From: Prasinococcaceae sp. CCMP 1430
Taxonomy: Eukaryota; Plantae; Prasinodermophyta
DNA: 39,239 bases
Reading direction: 5' to 3'
Assembly (NCBI GenBank): GCA_013416795.1
Contig: RQSC01000824.1
Location: forward strand, 48,520 to 87,758
Each line of letters starts with the position of its first letter. Position 1 is the first letter of the stretch. Position numbers and translations under genes: made by a program. The notes below the pieces were generated by a model, which saw only the letters and a list, made by a program, of their open reading frames with translations, ran no database searches and was not told the origin of the DNA. This document shows, piece after piece, positions 11,352-24,820 of the stretch.

Positions 11352-11863
11352 CGTGGCGGCGGCCGTGCGGCGCGCGTGCGCGTGCGTGTGTGTTTAGTCT
11401 AGGAGTGTGCGCGAACGCGCGTGTGCGCGCGCTTCCGTACGTGCGCGTGCGTGTGCGCTACGCGTGCGCGCGCGCGCGTCGCTCCGTGCGTGGAGATGCG
11501 TGCGGAGGTGTGCGTCCCTCAATCGCGAGCCCTCGACGCCTCGCGCCGTGGCGCTGTGGCGCGCGCGCATCCGCGCACGCACACCCTCGCACCCGCGCAC
11601 ACTCCCCCCCGCGCGCGCGCGTGGCGGCGGCCGGCGGCTGTCGGAAGCGGGCGGCGGCTGCGCGGCGCCACGTGCATTTTGACCTCCAATCTCTTCGCGG
11701 CAGTTACGTATATTTCAACGTCAGACACAAATATACGCAAACCCTACCCAAAATACATAACCCAAATCTGTAGGTCAAAACGTACGCAGGCGCAATCGCA
11801 CCGAACCAACGGAAAGCGCGTGCGAATTCGCACACCCGTTCAACCAAAATACGCCCCGCGACA

Positions 11864-12281
11864 ACCCCGGTCCCACGGCGATGCCATGCGGTCTAATCGG
11901 TGAGATGCGCCAGCATACCGGGTGTGACGTCCGACGCTCCCCCGGACGAGCTCGGGTTCGCGGGCTTTCACATGCGCACACGAACACATACGTACGACCA
12001 CGCGCCCGGCACACGCCTGGGATGCCCACCCAAGGGTGAAGGCGAGAACCACGGTTCGCGTGAAAACAAGGGCCATCGAACCCGGTCTGTCTGCGCATTC
12101 CGACGATTAGACCGGGATACATGAAAGTGAGACCGGGATGAAAGCGCGGCGGCCTGCCGGTCGAGAGCGAGAGGGAACGTCCGCGAGTCCCGAGCTCGTC
12201 CCAGGGATCGTGGGCCATCGAACCCGGTCAGCGTGCGCATTCCGACGATTAGACCGGGAGACATCAGGGCGATACCGGGGT
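11864..12281. mobile_element. Foldback/MITE-like element with about 100-bp diverged terminal inverted repeats and an internal extra copy of the terminal motif
   Basis: 11864-11963 is a nearly ungapped imperfect inverted repeat of 12181-12281. 12070-12122 is a near-identical direct copy of 12212-12264. No clear TSD. Confidence 0.6.
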
Positions 12282-12435
12282 CGCGTGCCCGGTTTCGGCT
12301 CTGCGCCGGAGCACCGTCGTGTGTTTCAGATGCATTTTGACCTCAGTCTTGAAAAGATGAAACCGACATGCACGCGATGCCACGTATGTACGTACACCTG
12401 CGTGAGCTGACGCCGCCGCAGCCGCCGCCAGGCCG

Positions 12436-12615
12436 CCACGCGCGCGCGCGTGTACACGCACGCGCACGCGCACGCGCACACGCACACGCACACGCACACA
12501 CACACGCACACGCACACACACACACGCACACACACACACACAAACACACACACACGCACACGCACGCACGCACACACACGCATGCGCGCGCACACGCGCG
12601 CACACACACACACAC
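12436..12615. repeat. (CA)/(CACG) compound microsatellite
   Basis: Direct reading. Confidence 0.9.
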
Positions 12616-12745
12616 AGCGCGCCGCCGCCGCATCGAATGTTCGGCGCGGCGGCAAACGGCAGTCACCGACCGCAACTCATTTTGGGTAGCACCGCCAACT
12701 AGGGTCTAAATCGGGAACGCATTTTCAAACCCTGCAAAGAGCCAT

Positions 12746-13564
12746 TTGAACCCCAATGCGGAAAACCTGGGCGGCTCGCGGGGCCATCCCCAAACCCTCG
12801 ACGCCGCTGACGGGGCCCGCCCCACGCGGCCATCGCGTGCGCCTTCGCGGCCGCGGCTGCCGTCGCGCTGCCGCCCACAGGCGGCCGATCGCCCGCGACG
12901 GACCTACGAGAGCCGCGCGGCGCGCTTGGACGCGCTGCTGGGAGCGGGGGTCTACCTCGAGCCGCCAGCTCAGCGCTTGCCGCCCCCGCAGCCGCCTCCG
13001 CCGCCGCCACCGCCGGCGGTGGGCACTCCGAGGGCGACGCCGTTCATCTATACGCGCTGGAACCCGAGCCCAGCACTCGGCCGTGTCTGCGTCGGTGGGA
13101 CGGTCGTCGTGGGTGACATTAGCGACATGCCCGAGCGCGGAATCATCGGCAGGCAGGCGTACCGCGTGGAGCGGGCCTACTACCTCCCGGTCGGCGCAGC
13201 CCCGCAGCTCAACGCGGCGTTGGCCACTGCCGGCGAGGTCACCTGCCTTGGTGCGCCCTTGAGCTCCGAGCAGGCCGCCGCGCTCGTTGCCGCCGCCCAA
13301 GGCGGCATTGAAATGCAGCGGGTGGAAATGTGGGTGGACCTGTACTCTGAGCGGTATCACGCTGCCGGCCTCGAGATCCCGGGGGACGGCAGTGGAGCAG
13401 TCCGGAACGGGGCGCCTGTGCCGTGCCGCGCCGCCGAGCTGGAACTGCGCACCGTGCGAGAGGAGGTGGTGGAGAGCCTGGCCAGCGTCGCCGCGCCCAT
13501 CGCGACCCTCCTGGCGCTGCTGGCTGTTTTGGTAGAGTACGGACAAGCGTCCGGGTCCTGGTAG
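12746..13564 (+). CDS. Hypothetical protein with C-terminal hydrophobic helix; start unresolved
   Basis: Open frame with globular-looking composition from about 12900 (PFIYTRW...YRVERAYY...WVDLYSERYH...ELELRTVREEV) and a terminal TM-like segment. No in-frame ATG near the 5' end. Confidence 0.5.
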   Translation: MNPNAENLGGSRGHPQTLDAADGARPTRPSRAPSRPRLPSRCRPQAADRPRRTYESRAARLDALLGAGVYLEPPAQRLPPPQPPPPPPPPAVGTPRATPFIYTRWNPSPALGRVCVGGTVVVGDISDMPERGIIGRQAYRVERAYYLPVGAAPQLNAALATAGEVTCLGAPLSSEQAAALVAAAQGGIEMQRVEMWVDLYSERYHAAGLEIPGDGSGAVRNGAPVPCRAAELELRTVREEVVESLASVAAPIATLLALLAVLVEYGQASGSW

Positions 13565-13917
13565 GGTAGCGTGCGCTCGCCCCTTCCCCCTTTTTCCTCT
13601 AATGAATGACCACGCGATTTTTTGACACCTTCAGTCAGTTGTGAGGGCTGTACTGCTCGAGCGAGAGAGGCGGCGCCTGGGCGGCGCGGGGAGCAAAGGA
13701 ACGGCAATTGACAGACGCGGATGGCCACGGCGCCCGCGCGGCCAGTCCCCAGGGGAACGAGGTGCTCGCCGCAGCGTTTCGCACTAACGTTGGCTCGGAA
13801 GGGCTCGTGCACGGCGAGTGCGGGCGCACCCCTTCGCTCGCATCATTGGACGAGTGACAGAGCGTGTTTTAGCGTCAGGCAAGGGGCGCCCGCGGTCAGG
13901 CACCTGTGGATCGACGC

Positions 13918-17181
<3,264 letters not shown>

Positions 17182-17338
17182 GAACTGGCTCGAGATCGGC
17201 GTCACCTGCGCGCGTGCGCGCGCTGTGAGCCCTCGCTCGGTAATGCAAGGTGCAAGACACACACACACACACACACATCGCACATGCGAGTGAATATTAC
17301 GTCAACTTGCGCGGTGGCCGTAGCCCTGAACAAAGCTG

Positions 17339-18454
17339 CTACACCCAGGGCCGCTTTGCCCGCTTGGCGTCACCCTCGGCGAGGCTCGTCTCGGCCATCT
17401 GCGCGCTCATCTCATACATAACTTCGTGCGTCAAGCACGGTAGTCGACGCTTTGAGCCTGCGCTGGCGGCAATGCCCACGCTTATCGCGCCCCCATGCAA
17501 GCGTGCCCCGTCGCCACCATTTCTGCAGCCGCTCCTGCCGACCTCAGGAGGTGGCATGCCCCTGTCTCCGCGATAGCTGCCTCGCGCGTGCCTACCCAGT
17601 ATGTCGTCATCCTCGCCGTCGCCCTCGTAGCCGTAAGCGATGTCCTCGACATTGCAGCTGAGCACGCTGCGCGGCGGCACGTGCTCCAAGTCGTGCGCGC
17701 CAGGCGCACCGGTCGTGCTTGGGTCCGCCATCGCCTCTGCCTCCCCACACGCCGGGCCGCTGAGGGCCTGCATGCTCCCGGAGCCACCGCCTGCCCCGAC
17801 CGGCGGGAGGCTGCTCCCCCCGCCTGCGTGACCGCCTTCGCCGCCCCCCCCAATGCTGCGGGTCTCCTTCCGGCGCGACAGGAGCCCGTCCACGAATTCG
17901 TCGACGAGCACTGGCCAAGCGCCGTCGGCATCGTAGTTGCTGAGGTCCTCGTGGACACACCGCGAGAACTCGAGCACCAGACGCCAGGTGTCTTCCGAGA
18001 CCGTCGGCCTCGCGCGCTTGCGCACGAACTCCAGCCATCGCGGCAGGAGGCGAAAGCGGCCCTCCAGCGTCGAACGCCACGCTGCGCGGGCGACGGCGCC
18101 CCGGACAACGCGTGTACGGCGCTCGGCTCGGCACGCGAAGAACACAAACCTATAGAACGCGCCGAAGGTGGACGACGGCAGCTCCGCATCGCGCATGTCG
18201 GCCGAGAGATGCGCGAGCGAGGCCACCGCCCGCACACCCGTCGCCCCGGCATCCTCGAGGGCATCGTAGAGCGCGTCAAGCGCCGTGCGCGCCTCCGCCG
18301 AGCGGCAGGTGTCGTCCATCGCCAGCACATTGCTGAAGGTCACGAATGCTGCGCGCGCCGCCGTCACGGCCCCAGGCGCGGGCTCCGCCGTCAGCATCGC
18401 ATCCTCGTCCGCGGCCATAGCCACGACCGATCGCCCAATGGCCGCCGCCGCCAT
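17339..18454 (-). CDS. DCN1-like (defective in cullin neddylation) protein, plant AAR3-like
   Basis: Cullin-binding domain motifs FYRFVFF, RFRLLPRWLEF, SEDTW and LSNYDADGAWPVLVDEFV. Basic C-terminal clusters (GSKRR, KRAKR). Confidence 0.85.
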   Translation of the reverse strand: MAAAAIGRSVVAMAADEDAMLTAEPAPGAVTAARAAFVTFSNVLAMDDTCRSAEARTALDALYDALEDAGATGVRAVASLAHLSADMRDAELPSSTFGAFYRFVFFACRAERRTRVVRGAVARAAWRSTLEGRFRLLPRWLEFVRKRARPTVSEDTWRLVLEFSRCVHEDLSNYDADGAWPVLVDEFVDGLLSRRKETRSIGGGGEGGHAGGGSSLPPVGAGGGSGSMQALSGPACGEAEAMADPSTTGAPGAHDLEHVPPRSVLSCNVEDIAYGYEGDGEDDDILGRHARGSYRGDRGMPPPEVGRSGCRNGGDGARLHGGAISVGIAASAGSKRRLPCLTHEVMYEMSAQMAETSLAEGDAKRAKRPWV

Positions 18455-18831
18455 CGCCTCCGGCCAAGACCTCGCCGCCCTGAGCCCGAACCCAAGCCTC
18501 GGAGCCCGGAGCCCAGAGCCAAGAGCCTGACGCCGTGCCCCGCTCTTCGACGTCCGCGCCAGCGCCGGACCCGCGCCGAACGGCCGGGGCGGCGCGAGCG
18601 AGGGCGCGCCCGCTTCCCGAGGCGGGCCCGAGGAGGTCGAGCCCGCCCCGACCTTGCCCTCCGCTAAACCCTCCACCCCCCACCCACCCCTCCCCTACGC
18701 CCGCTGCCCCCGCGCCGCCTCCCCGCCGCCGACGCGGGCGGCGCGCGGTGTGGGCCTGGCGCGAGCGTGTGCCGCTGCCCGCCACGCGGACTTTCTCTCC
18801 CCCCTTTCTCTCTCTCCCCGCCGCTGGCACT

Positions 18832-18866
18832 GGTTCGGGCTCGGGTTTGGGTTAGGATTAGGGTTT
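18832..18866. promoter_or_regulatory. Degenerate telomere-like (telo-box) array in divergent promoter
   Basis: GGTTCG GGCTCG GGTTTG GGTTAG GATTAG GGTTT between the DCN1-like gene and RTRAF. Confidence 0.55.
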
Positions 18867-19158
18867 GTGTGCCCATTCGATTTGATTGAGACGAGTGCTG
18901 GACTGACCCTTGAAAATCTCCCGTGGGTTACTTTGATGTACGTAATATTGTATTGAGCGAGGCCTCCACGGAATTTGGGTGCAGCGCGGCGCGCGCCCCT
19001 GGCGGCTGCGGCGGCTGCGCCCGCCACACCCGCCGCGCGGGAAGGCGAGGGCGGGGGGTCGGTCTCGCGCGTTGCTCGCGGGCGCGCGCGCGTGCGAGAG
19101 CGACGCTCGGTGACCTTAACCCTAAGGCGCTCGGCGCGCGCGGGGAGGCGCGCGCGCG

Positions 19159-19977
19159 ATGGCGGCCGCGCTCAAGCTGCGGGCGCTGGGATACCCCGCG
19201 GCGGCGGCCGGTGGGGGGTCGCTCGCGACGCAGCTCGAGGGGCGCGCAGTGGGGCGCGCGGAACTCGCCACTCTGGCGGCGTGGCTGGAGGATGTGAAGA
19301 TTCGTGCGCTGCCCGTGGCCGCGCGCGGCGCGCTGCGCGAGGGTGCCAGCGGCGGCGGCGGCGGCGAGGCGTGGGAGCGTGCGCTCGGCGCATACCTCAA
19401 GGAGCTGCAATGCCCGTACGAAGCGTCGTTGGCGTTCGGCGACGACACGGGGCGATACGTGCTAGCAAGCTGGCTGCTGGGCACCGCGGTGGCATACGAG
19501 TACGCCGACGGTGCCAAGAAGTTCAACGCCTCCGCCGCGCGTCCAGCAGAAGCGGACGCGGCGGCGGCCGCGGCGCGCGATGGTGGCTTCACCGATTTGC
19601 AGAGCGGCGAGACCCGGGAGGCGGCGTTGGCGCTTGCGGTGGTGCTCGGCGTCAAGCATGCGCCCGATGCACCGCTGCTCGGGGTGCTTGAGTCGTGTGC
19701 AAAGGCCGCTGAAAGGCTTGCGAGCAGCGGCGGGGGCAGCAACGCCGGTAGCGCAGACAACGGCGCAGCGGGAGGCGACGCTGACCCGCTGTCGTCGCTG
19801 CCGCTGGGCTTTGAGACCGGTGACCTCGCCGTCGACCGCGCGGCGACGGCGCTGCGTTGCCTGTTCATTAACGATCTGCGCTCATTGCAGACGGCAGTCG
19901 ATAGGCTGCTTGTGAGCGTGCAGGAGCACACGGCCAACCCCAAAACCGACACCAAGCGAGGCAAGGTCGGCAGGTGA
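19159..19977 (+). CDS. RTRAF: RNA transcription, translation and transport factor (C14orf166/CGI-99 family)
   Basis: N-terminal KLRALGYP and WLEDVKIR; diagnostic C-terminus LRCLFINDLRSLQT...VQEHTANPKTDTKRGKVGR. Confidence 0.88.
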   Translation: MAAALKLRALGYPAAAAGGGSLATQLEGRAVGRAELATLAAWLEDVKIRALPVAARGALREGASGGGGGEAWERALGAYLKELQCPYEASLAFGDDTGRYVLASWLLGTAVAYEYADGAKKFNASAARPAEADAAAAAARDGGFTDLQSGETREAALALAVVLGVKHAPDAPLLGVLESCAKAAERLASSGGGSNAGSADNGAAGGDADPLSSLPLGFETGDLAVDRAATALRCLFINDLRSLQTAVDRLLVSVQEHTANPKTDTKRGKVGR

Positions 19978-20302
19978 CTGAACAGACCGACGCCCTGCTT
20001 CGGCGCCGCCCACGCCATCGCGCCCTGGCGTGGCGGCGCTTTGCATGTAAAGCTTCCTCTCGAGCGCACGAGGTACCACGCGAGCATGCTTTAGCCCGTG
20101 CTTTCGCATGCGCGGGCATACACGCTCGCGCACATGGCCGCGCCAGCGGGGCGATGCGTGTTCGACGGGCTGGGCCACGGCGCTCTTCCAGCGCGAAACG
20201 CAGACGTGCGCAAGCGCCCCGGCGCCAGCCACGCCCGTGCGGCGCCGTCACATCGCGCGCGCGCCGCACCCGCCAGGCGCGGCGAGCGGCCCGGGCGGTG
20301 CG

Positions 20303-21106
20303 ATGTCAAACCCAGTGCGCGACCCGCGCTGGGCGGGTAGCTTCGAGTGCGCGGGGCCTTGTGGGCGCAAGCGGCTCATCGCGGGTGACTTCTCGGCGAA
20401 GATGGTGCAGCGACGGCAGAAAGACCCGGCAGCTCCGCTTACGTGCAAGGCGTGTGTGGAGGCCCGCGCGGAGGAGGAACGTGCGACCGCCGCGGCGAAA
20501 CGCGCAGCCGGGGGGGCTAGCGCCGCCGCGCCGCCGGACATAAAGTGCTCGAAGTGCGGCAAGGCACCGCCAGAGGTGACCTTTTCGAGAACACAGCAGC
20601 AAAAGGCGGCGGCTGGCAAGGCGCGATGTGGCGCCTGCGTTGCCAAGGCAGAGGGGGACGAACGCGCGGGCAGCGACGCCAAGTTTGAGCAGGTGCGTAG
20701 CGGTGTGCGTGTGTGTGCACGCGCGCGCGCGCACAGGCGAGGGTGCCCTGGCAGCGTCTGGGTGCGCGGGCATCGTGGCTTGAGCGCGCACCAACGCTCG
20801 CTGACGCCGCGCCCCATACCATCACTGCCCTTTGTTCCCATTCCCTCCACCTCCCCGCCCACGACACTTGCGCCTCTGCAGCGGCTCGCGGAGGCCCGCG
20901 CGGCGCGCGAGGCCGCCGAGCGCTCGGGTGACAGCGCGCTAGTGCTCAAAGCGTCCGCCGTTGAGGCGGCGCTGGAGGGCGAGCGTGTTACTGGCGTCAA
21001 GGCGAGCGGGGGCGGGGGGCGAGGCCGTGGCAGGGGGAGGGGGCGGGGGCGCGGTAGCAATCCCAACTCGATGCTCGGCCGCGGACGTAGCGGCGCGCGT
21101 AAGTAA
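20303..21106 (+). CDS. Stc1-like tandem Cys4 zinc-binding protein with RG tail (exons 20303-20692, 20882-21106)
   Basis: Two CxxC...FSxx..CxxC units (CAGPC..FSAKM..CKAC; CSKC..FSRTQ..CGAC), a 189-nt GT-AG intron and a C-terminal GRGRGRGRG tract. Confidence 0.7.
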   Translation: MSNPVRDPRWAGSFECAGPCGRKRLIAGDFSAKMVQRRQKDPAAPLTCKACVEARAEEERATAAAKRAAGGASAAAPPDIKCSKCGKAPPEVTFSRTQQQKAAAGKARCGACVAKAEGDERAGSDAKFEQVRSGVRVCARARAHRRGCPGSVWVRGHRGLSAHQRSLTPRPIPSLPFVPIPSTSPPTTLAPLQRLAEARAAREAAERSGDSALVLKASAVEAALEGERVTGVKASGGGGRGRGRGRGRGRGSNPNSMLGRGRSGARK

Positions 21107-21285
21107 GGCTCTCTGCGCGAGGCGTCACCGAACAGCCACGAAAGCATGCTCGGCGCTTCGCACCTACACATTGGTACGCACACGGCGGCATGCGTGAGGA
21201 TACATCTCCGTACGTACTTGATGACAGCTATTAATTGGCATGTTTGCGCGCCACACGCACACACCAGCGTGCTCTCAGCGCGCTC

Positions 21286-23405
21286 TCAGTTGAGCGCGTC
21301 CACAACCGTCTTGCGCATGAGGTCCACTGGTGGTTCCACGCCCGTGAAAAGACGGAACTGCTCGGCGGCTTGGCCGACGAACATCTCGACGCCGCTGACG
21401 GCCACCGCGCCCTCCGCGACGCCGTCGGCGAGCAGTCTAATGCAAAAGCACCGCGCGGCGGGGGTCAGTCAACCAAGCAACCAACGCGCAAACAGAGCGC
21501 AAGCAGCACCCATTTGGACAGTGGGGCAGGGCATGCTCGCAAGCGAGAGCATGCGCCCGCGCGCGCGGAGGACGCACCGCGTGGTCATCGGGTTGTACAC
21601 AGCATCAAAGACCGCCGCCACGCCTGCATCCGCCATCGCTTCGCGAGGCACTGGCGTGGCGTCCACGTCCGGCACCATGCCCACAGATGTCGAGTTCGCC
21701 AGCACCGCCCCGGCACCCAGCGCTTTCAGCAGCTCACCGGACTGAAGGTCCTCGTACGTGGCCGCGGTGACGCCCGCAGCATCGCCACCGAGACTCTCGG
21801 CGAGCGCGACGGCCTTGTTGGCGGTGCGGTTGACGATGGTGACTCGCGCGCCGAGTGCTTGCGCGCCGGCGGCCAACGCGCGCCCTGCACCACCCGCGCC
21901 GATCACGACCACCGGGCGGCCCTTGAGGGGGTCGGTGCCGGCCCCGGCGTCCTCAAGAGCACTCACGATGGCACCGATGGCAGCGCTCGAGTCGGTGTTG
22001 TAACCCTTGAAGCCACCGCCTGCCATGCGCACCAGCGTGTTCACCGCGCCGATTCGCTCCGCGAGCGGGTCGAGCTCGTCGCAGAGCTCCATCGCGGCGG
22101 TTTTGTGCGGAATCGTCACGCTGAAGCCCGCGCAATCAGCGCCGAGAGCCTCGTCTGCTGCGTCGAAGGATCGCACAAGGTCCGTCGGCGAGTCACACAG
22201 GAAGGGAACGTACACCGCGTCAACGCCGGTAGCTTCGTAGGCGGCGTTGTGCAGTGCCGCGCCCTTGGATTGCGCGACTGGGTTCCCCAGCAGCCCGTAC
22301 ACCTTGGTGGCCGAACGCATGCTCTTCGAGCGGAACGTGCTGACGAGCGCCTCGATTGGCGGCTGCCCCGGCGCGGAGGCTGCGCCCCCCATCGCGCCAA
22401 ACGTGAGATAACCTCCGTACTTTGACGCGAGGATGCGGCTGGACACGCCGCGCTCACCCATGGCCAGCGATATCACCTTCGTGTCGGGGTCCTCCTCCGC
22501 CAGTCTGGACGGCAGCGCCAGCATGCGCGCGGCGTCGCCATCAGCAGCTGCCATGCACGCCAGCTTGGCGACGTCGGCGCCCGCGGCCACCATCGCGCGA
22601 AGCTTGTCCATGAGCACCTCGTCGTCGGGCGTCTTCTCGTAGTCATGGTTCGAGACGATGAGCGAGCAGCTGCGCTTGCCACCAGCGGCCTCGAGCACGG
22701 GCGCGAAGCGCTCAGCGGCGATCAGCTCGATGTCAACGTACTCGGCACCAAGCGCCACCGCCTTGGCGAGCAGCTCCAAGCGGGCGTCCTCCTGTGGCAG
22801 CGGGAAGGGTGGGTGGGGGTGGGTGGGGGTGCGGTTAGCTCTGTGCGCATCAAGGGTTTGGGGAATTCCGCGCCGCACTCATGATGATTTGAATACCGCC
22901 AATGGTATCTGATGTGATCACATCGTATCAAATATTTTCGCCGCAGATGACATTTCATCTCCGTGTTTTGAGAAAATTATCCACAACCAGCGCCGGAAAT
23001 GCGCGCAGAGCAGAAACGAGGAGTGCGCGAGGGTGCGGGCACAGGCGACGCCATCCGCCCCCTTCCCCCCCTTGCCGACGCACTCTGACCCGATCTCGCG
23101 CACACGCGCGCGCGTGCGCGCGCATCCGCACCTCTCCCTTGTACTCTCCGCCCTCCCAGTCTGGCCGGTATGTCACGATCACCGGCGCCTCCCGCTCGTC
23201 GAGCATTGCCGCGAGATCGGCAGCCGTCGGCTCCTCGCTCAAGTAGTCGAGCCGCAGCTCGACAACGTCGACGCCGGCAGCTGCGGCGGCGGCGACCTGC
23301 GCGCGCGCGCCCGCAGCGTCCCGCGCGGTGGTAGAGGCGCACAGCAGCGCCGCGCCCTGCGCCTCCGCGCCTGCAGCCTCAGCGGCCGCTGCATGGGCGG
23401 CGGTG
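21286..23405 (-). CDS. aroDE: Bifunctional type I 3-dehydroquinate dehydratase / shikimate dehydrogenase (exons 23132-23405+, 21578-22791, 21286-21436; 5' end in gap)
   Basis: DHQ motifs VELRLD, TYRPDWEGG, SNHDY and SAPGQ. SDH motifs SVTIPHK, GAVNT, NTD, GAGGAG, DAVYNP and GVEMFVGQA. Canonical GT-AG introns 22792-23131 and 21437-21577. Confidence 0.95.
22866..22998 (-). ncRNA. AT-rich multi-hairpin element within aroDE intron (class unknown)
   Basis: Nested inverted repeats: TTCCG(G)CGC outer stem; ATTTGA/TCAAAT enclosing ATACC/GGTAT and GATGTG/CACATC; ATTTTC/GAAAAT enclosing AGATGA/TCATCT. Confidence 0.45.
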
Positions 23406-23766
23406 NNNNNNNNNNNNNNNNNNNNNNNNNNNNNNNNNNNNNNNNNNNNNNNNNNNNNNNNNNNNNNNNNNNNNNNNNNNNNNNNNNNNNNNNNNNNNNN
23501 NNNNNNNNNNNNNNNNNNNNNNNNNNNNNNNNNNNNNNNNNNNNNNNNNNNNNNNNNNNNNNNNNNNNNNNNNNNNNNNNNNNNNNNNNNNNNNNNNNNN
23601 NNNNNNNNNNNNNNNNNNNNNNNNNNNNNNNNNNNNNNNNNNNNNNNNNCGTGCTCCGTGCCCGCCCGCCCACGCGCTCGCTGCCGCTGCGGGACGTGGG
23701 CGGGCAGACGGGCGGGCGGGTGGGCGGTAAGGCGGGCGCCGCGGCGGCGCACGCGCGCCTGCAGCT

Positions 23767-24681
23767 ATGTCGGACCTCGACCGCCAGATCGAGCGCCTGC
23801 GCCGCTGTGAGCCGCTCAAGGAGGCCGAGGTCAAAGCGCTCTGCCAGAAGGCGATGGAGGTGCTCGTGGAGGAGGGCAACGTGCAGCGCGTGGAACCGCC
23901 CGTGACGATATGCGGTGACATCCACGGGCAGTTCTACGACCTCAAGGAGCTCTTCAAGGTGGGTGGCGACTGCCCGGAGACGAACTACCTCTTCATGGGC
24001 GACTTCGTCGACAGAGGCTTCTACTCAGTGGAGACGTTCCTACTGCTGCTCGCGCTCAAGGTGCGCTACCCGGACCGCATCACGCTCATTCGTGGTAATC
24101 ACGAGTCACGGCAGATCACACAGGTGTACGGCTTCTACGACGAGTGCCTGCGCAAGTACGGCTCCGTGAACGTGTGGCGCTACTGCACGGACATCTTCGA
24201 CTATCTGTCCCTCAGCGCCCTCATCGACGGGCGCACGTTCTGCGTTCACGGCGGGCTGTCCCCCAACCTGTCGTCGTTGGATCAGATTCGCACCATCGAC
24301 CGCAAGCAAGAGGTGCCGCACGAGGGTGCCATGTGCGACCTGCTGTGGTCCGATCCGGAAGAGATCGAGAGCTGGGGGCTGAGCCCGCGCGGTGCGGGCT
24401 ATCTCTTCGGGGGCGATGTCTGCTCGCAGTTCTGCCAGCAGAACGACATCGATCTCATCTGTCGCGCGCACCAGCTGGTGATGGAGGGCTACAAGATGAT
24501 GTTTAACGAGCAGCTCGTCACTGTGTGGTCGGCGCCAAACTACTGTTACCGCTGCGGCAACGTGGCCGCAATTCTCGAGTTCGACGAGCACATGGCCAAG
24601 TCGTTCAAGGTGTTCGAAGCTGCGCCGCAGGAGGCTCGCGGAAAACCGGCCGCCATCAGCCCGCCGAGCTACTTCCTCTGA
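23767..24681 (+). CDS. PPP4C: Serine/threonine protein phosphatase PP4 (PPX) catalytic subunit
   Basis: MSDLDRQIE start; GDIHGQ, GDFVDRG, RGNHE and [11 protein letters not shown] motifs; C-terminal YFL. Intronless, 304 aa. Confidence 0.95.
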   Translation: MSDLDRQIERLRRCEPLKEAEVKALCQKAMEVLVEEGNVQRVEPPVTICGDIHGQFYDLKELFKVGGDCPETNYLFMGDFVDRGFYSVETFLLLLALKVRYPDRITLIRGNHESRQITQVYGFYDECLRKYGSVNVWRYCTDIFDYLSLSALIDGRTFCVHGGLSPNLSSLDQIRTIDRKQEVPHEGAMCDLLWSDPEEIESWGLSPRGAGYLFGGDVCSQFCQQNDIDLICRAHQLVMEGYKMMFNEQLVTVWSAPNYCYRCGNVAAILEFDEHMAKSFKVFEAAPQEARGKPAAISPPSYFL

Positions 24682-24820
24682 TCTCGCGCAGCCGAAAGCG
24701 CCAACCTGTGATAATACCTCTCTCTCTCCACACGCGCTGCCTGCCGCGCACCGCACGCGCGGGCGCGTGAGTTGTCCGTACCCAGAGCGCAATGTGGGGC
24801 GTTACGACGCGCACGCGCGC

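Noticed and set aside
12070-12264. 53-bp direct repeats as a CRISPR array
   Set aside because: Only two direct copies about 90 bp apart, eukaryotic context and no cas genes; better explained as part of the inverted-repeat element.
22881-22971. Plus-strand C/D snoRNA reading (ATGATGA...CTGA, and TCCGTGTTT resembling a U18-type guide)
   Set aside because: It is antisense to the host gene, lacks a canonical terminal D box and terminal stem, and the boxes fall within stems. Not fully excluded.
22866-22998. TPP riboswitch
   Set aside because: Lacks the CUGAGA and CCUGAU..GxUAAU aptamer motifs, and the host is not a thiamine gene.
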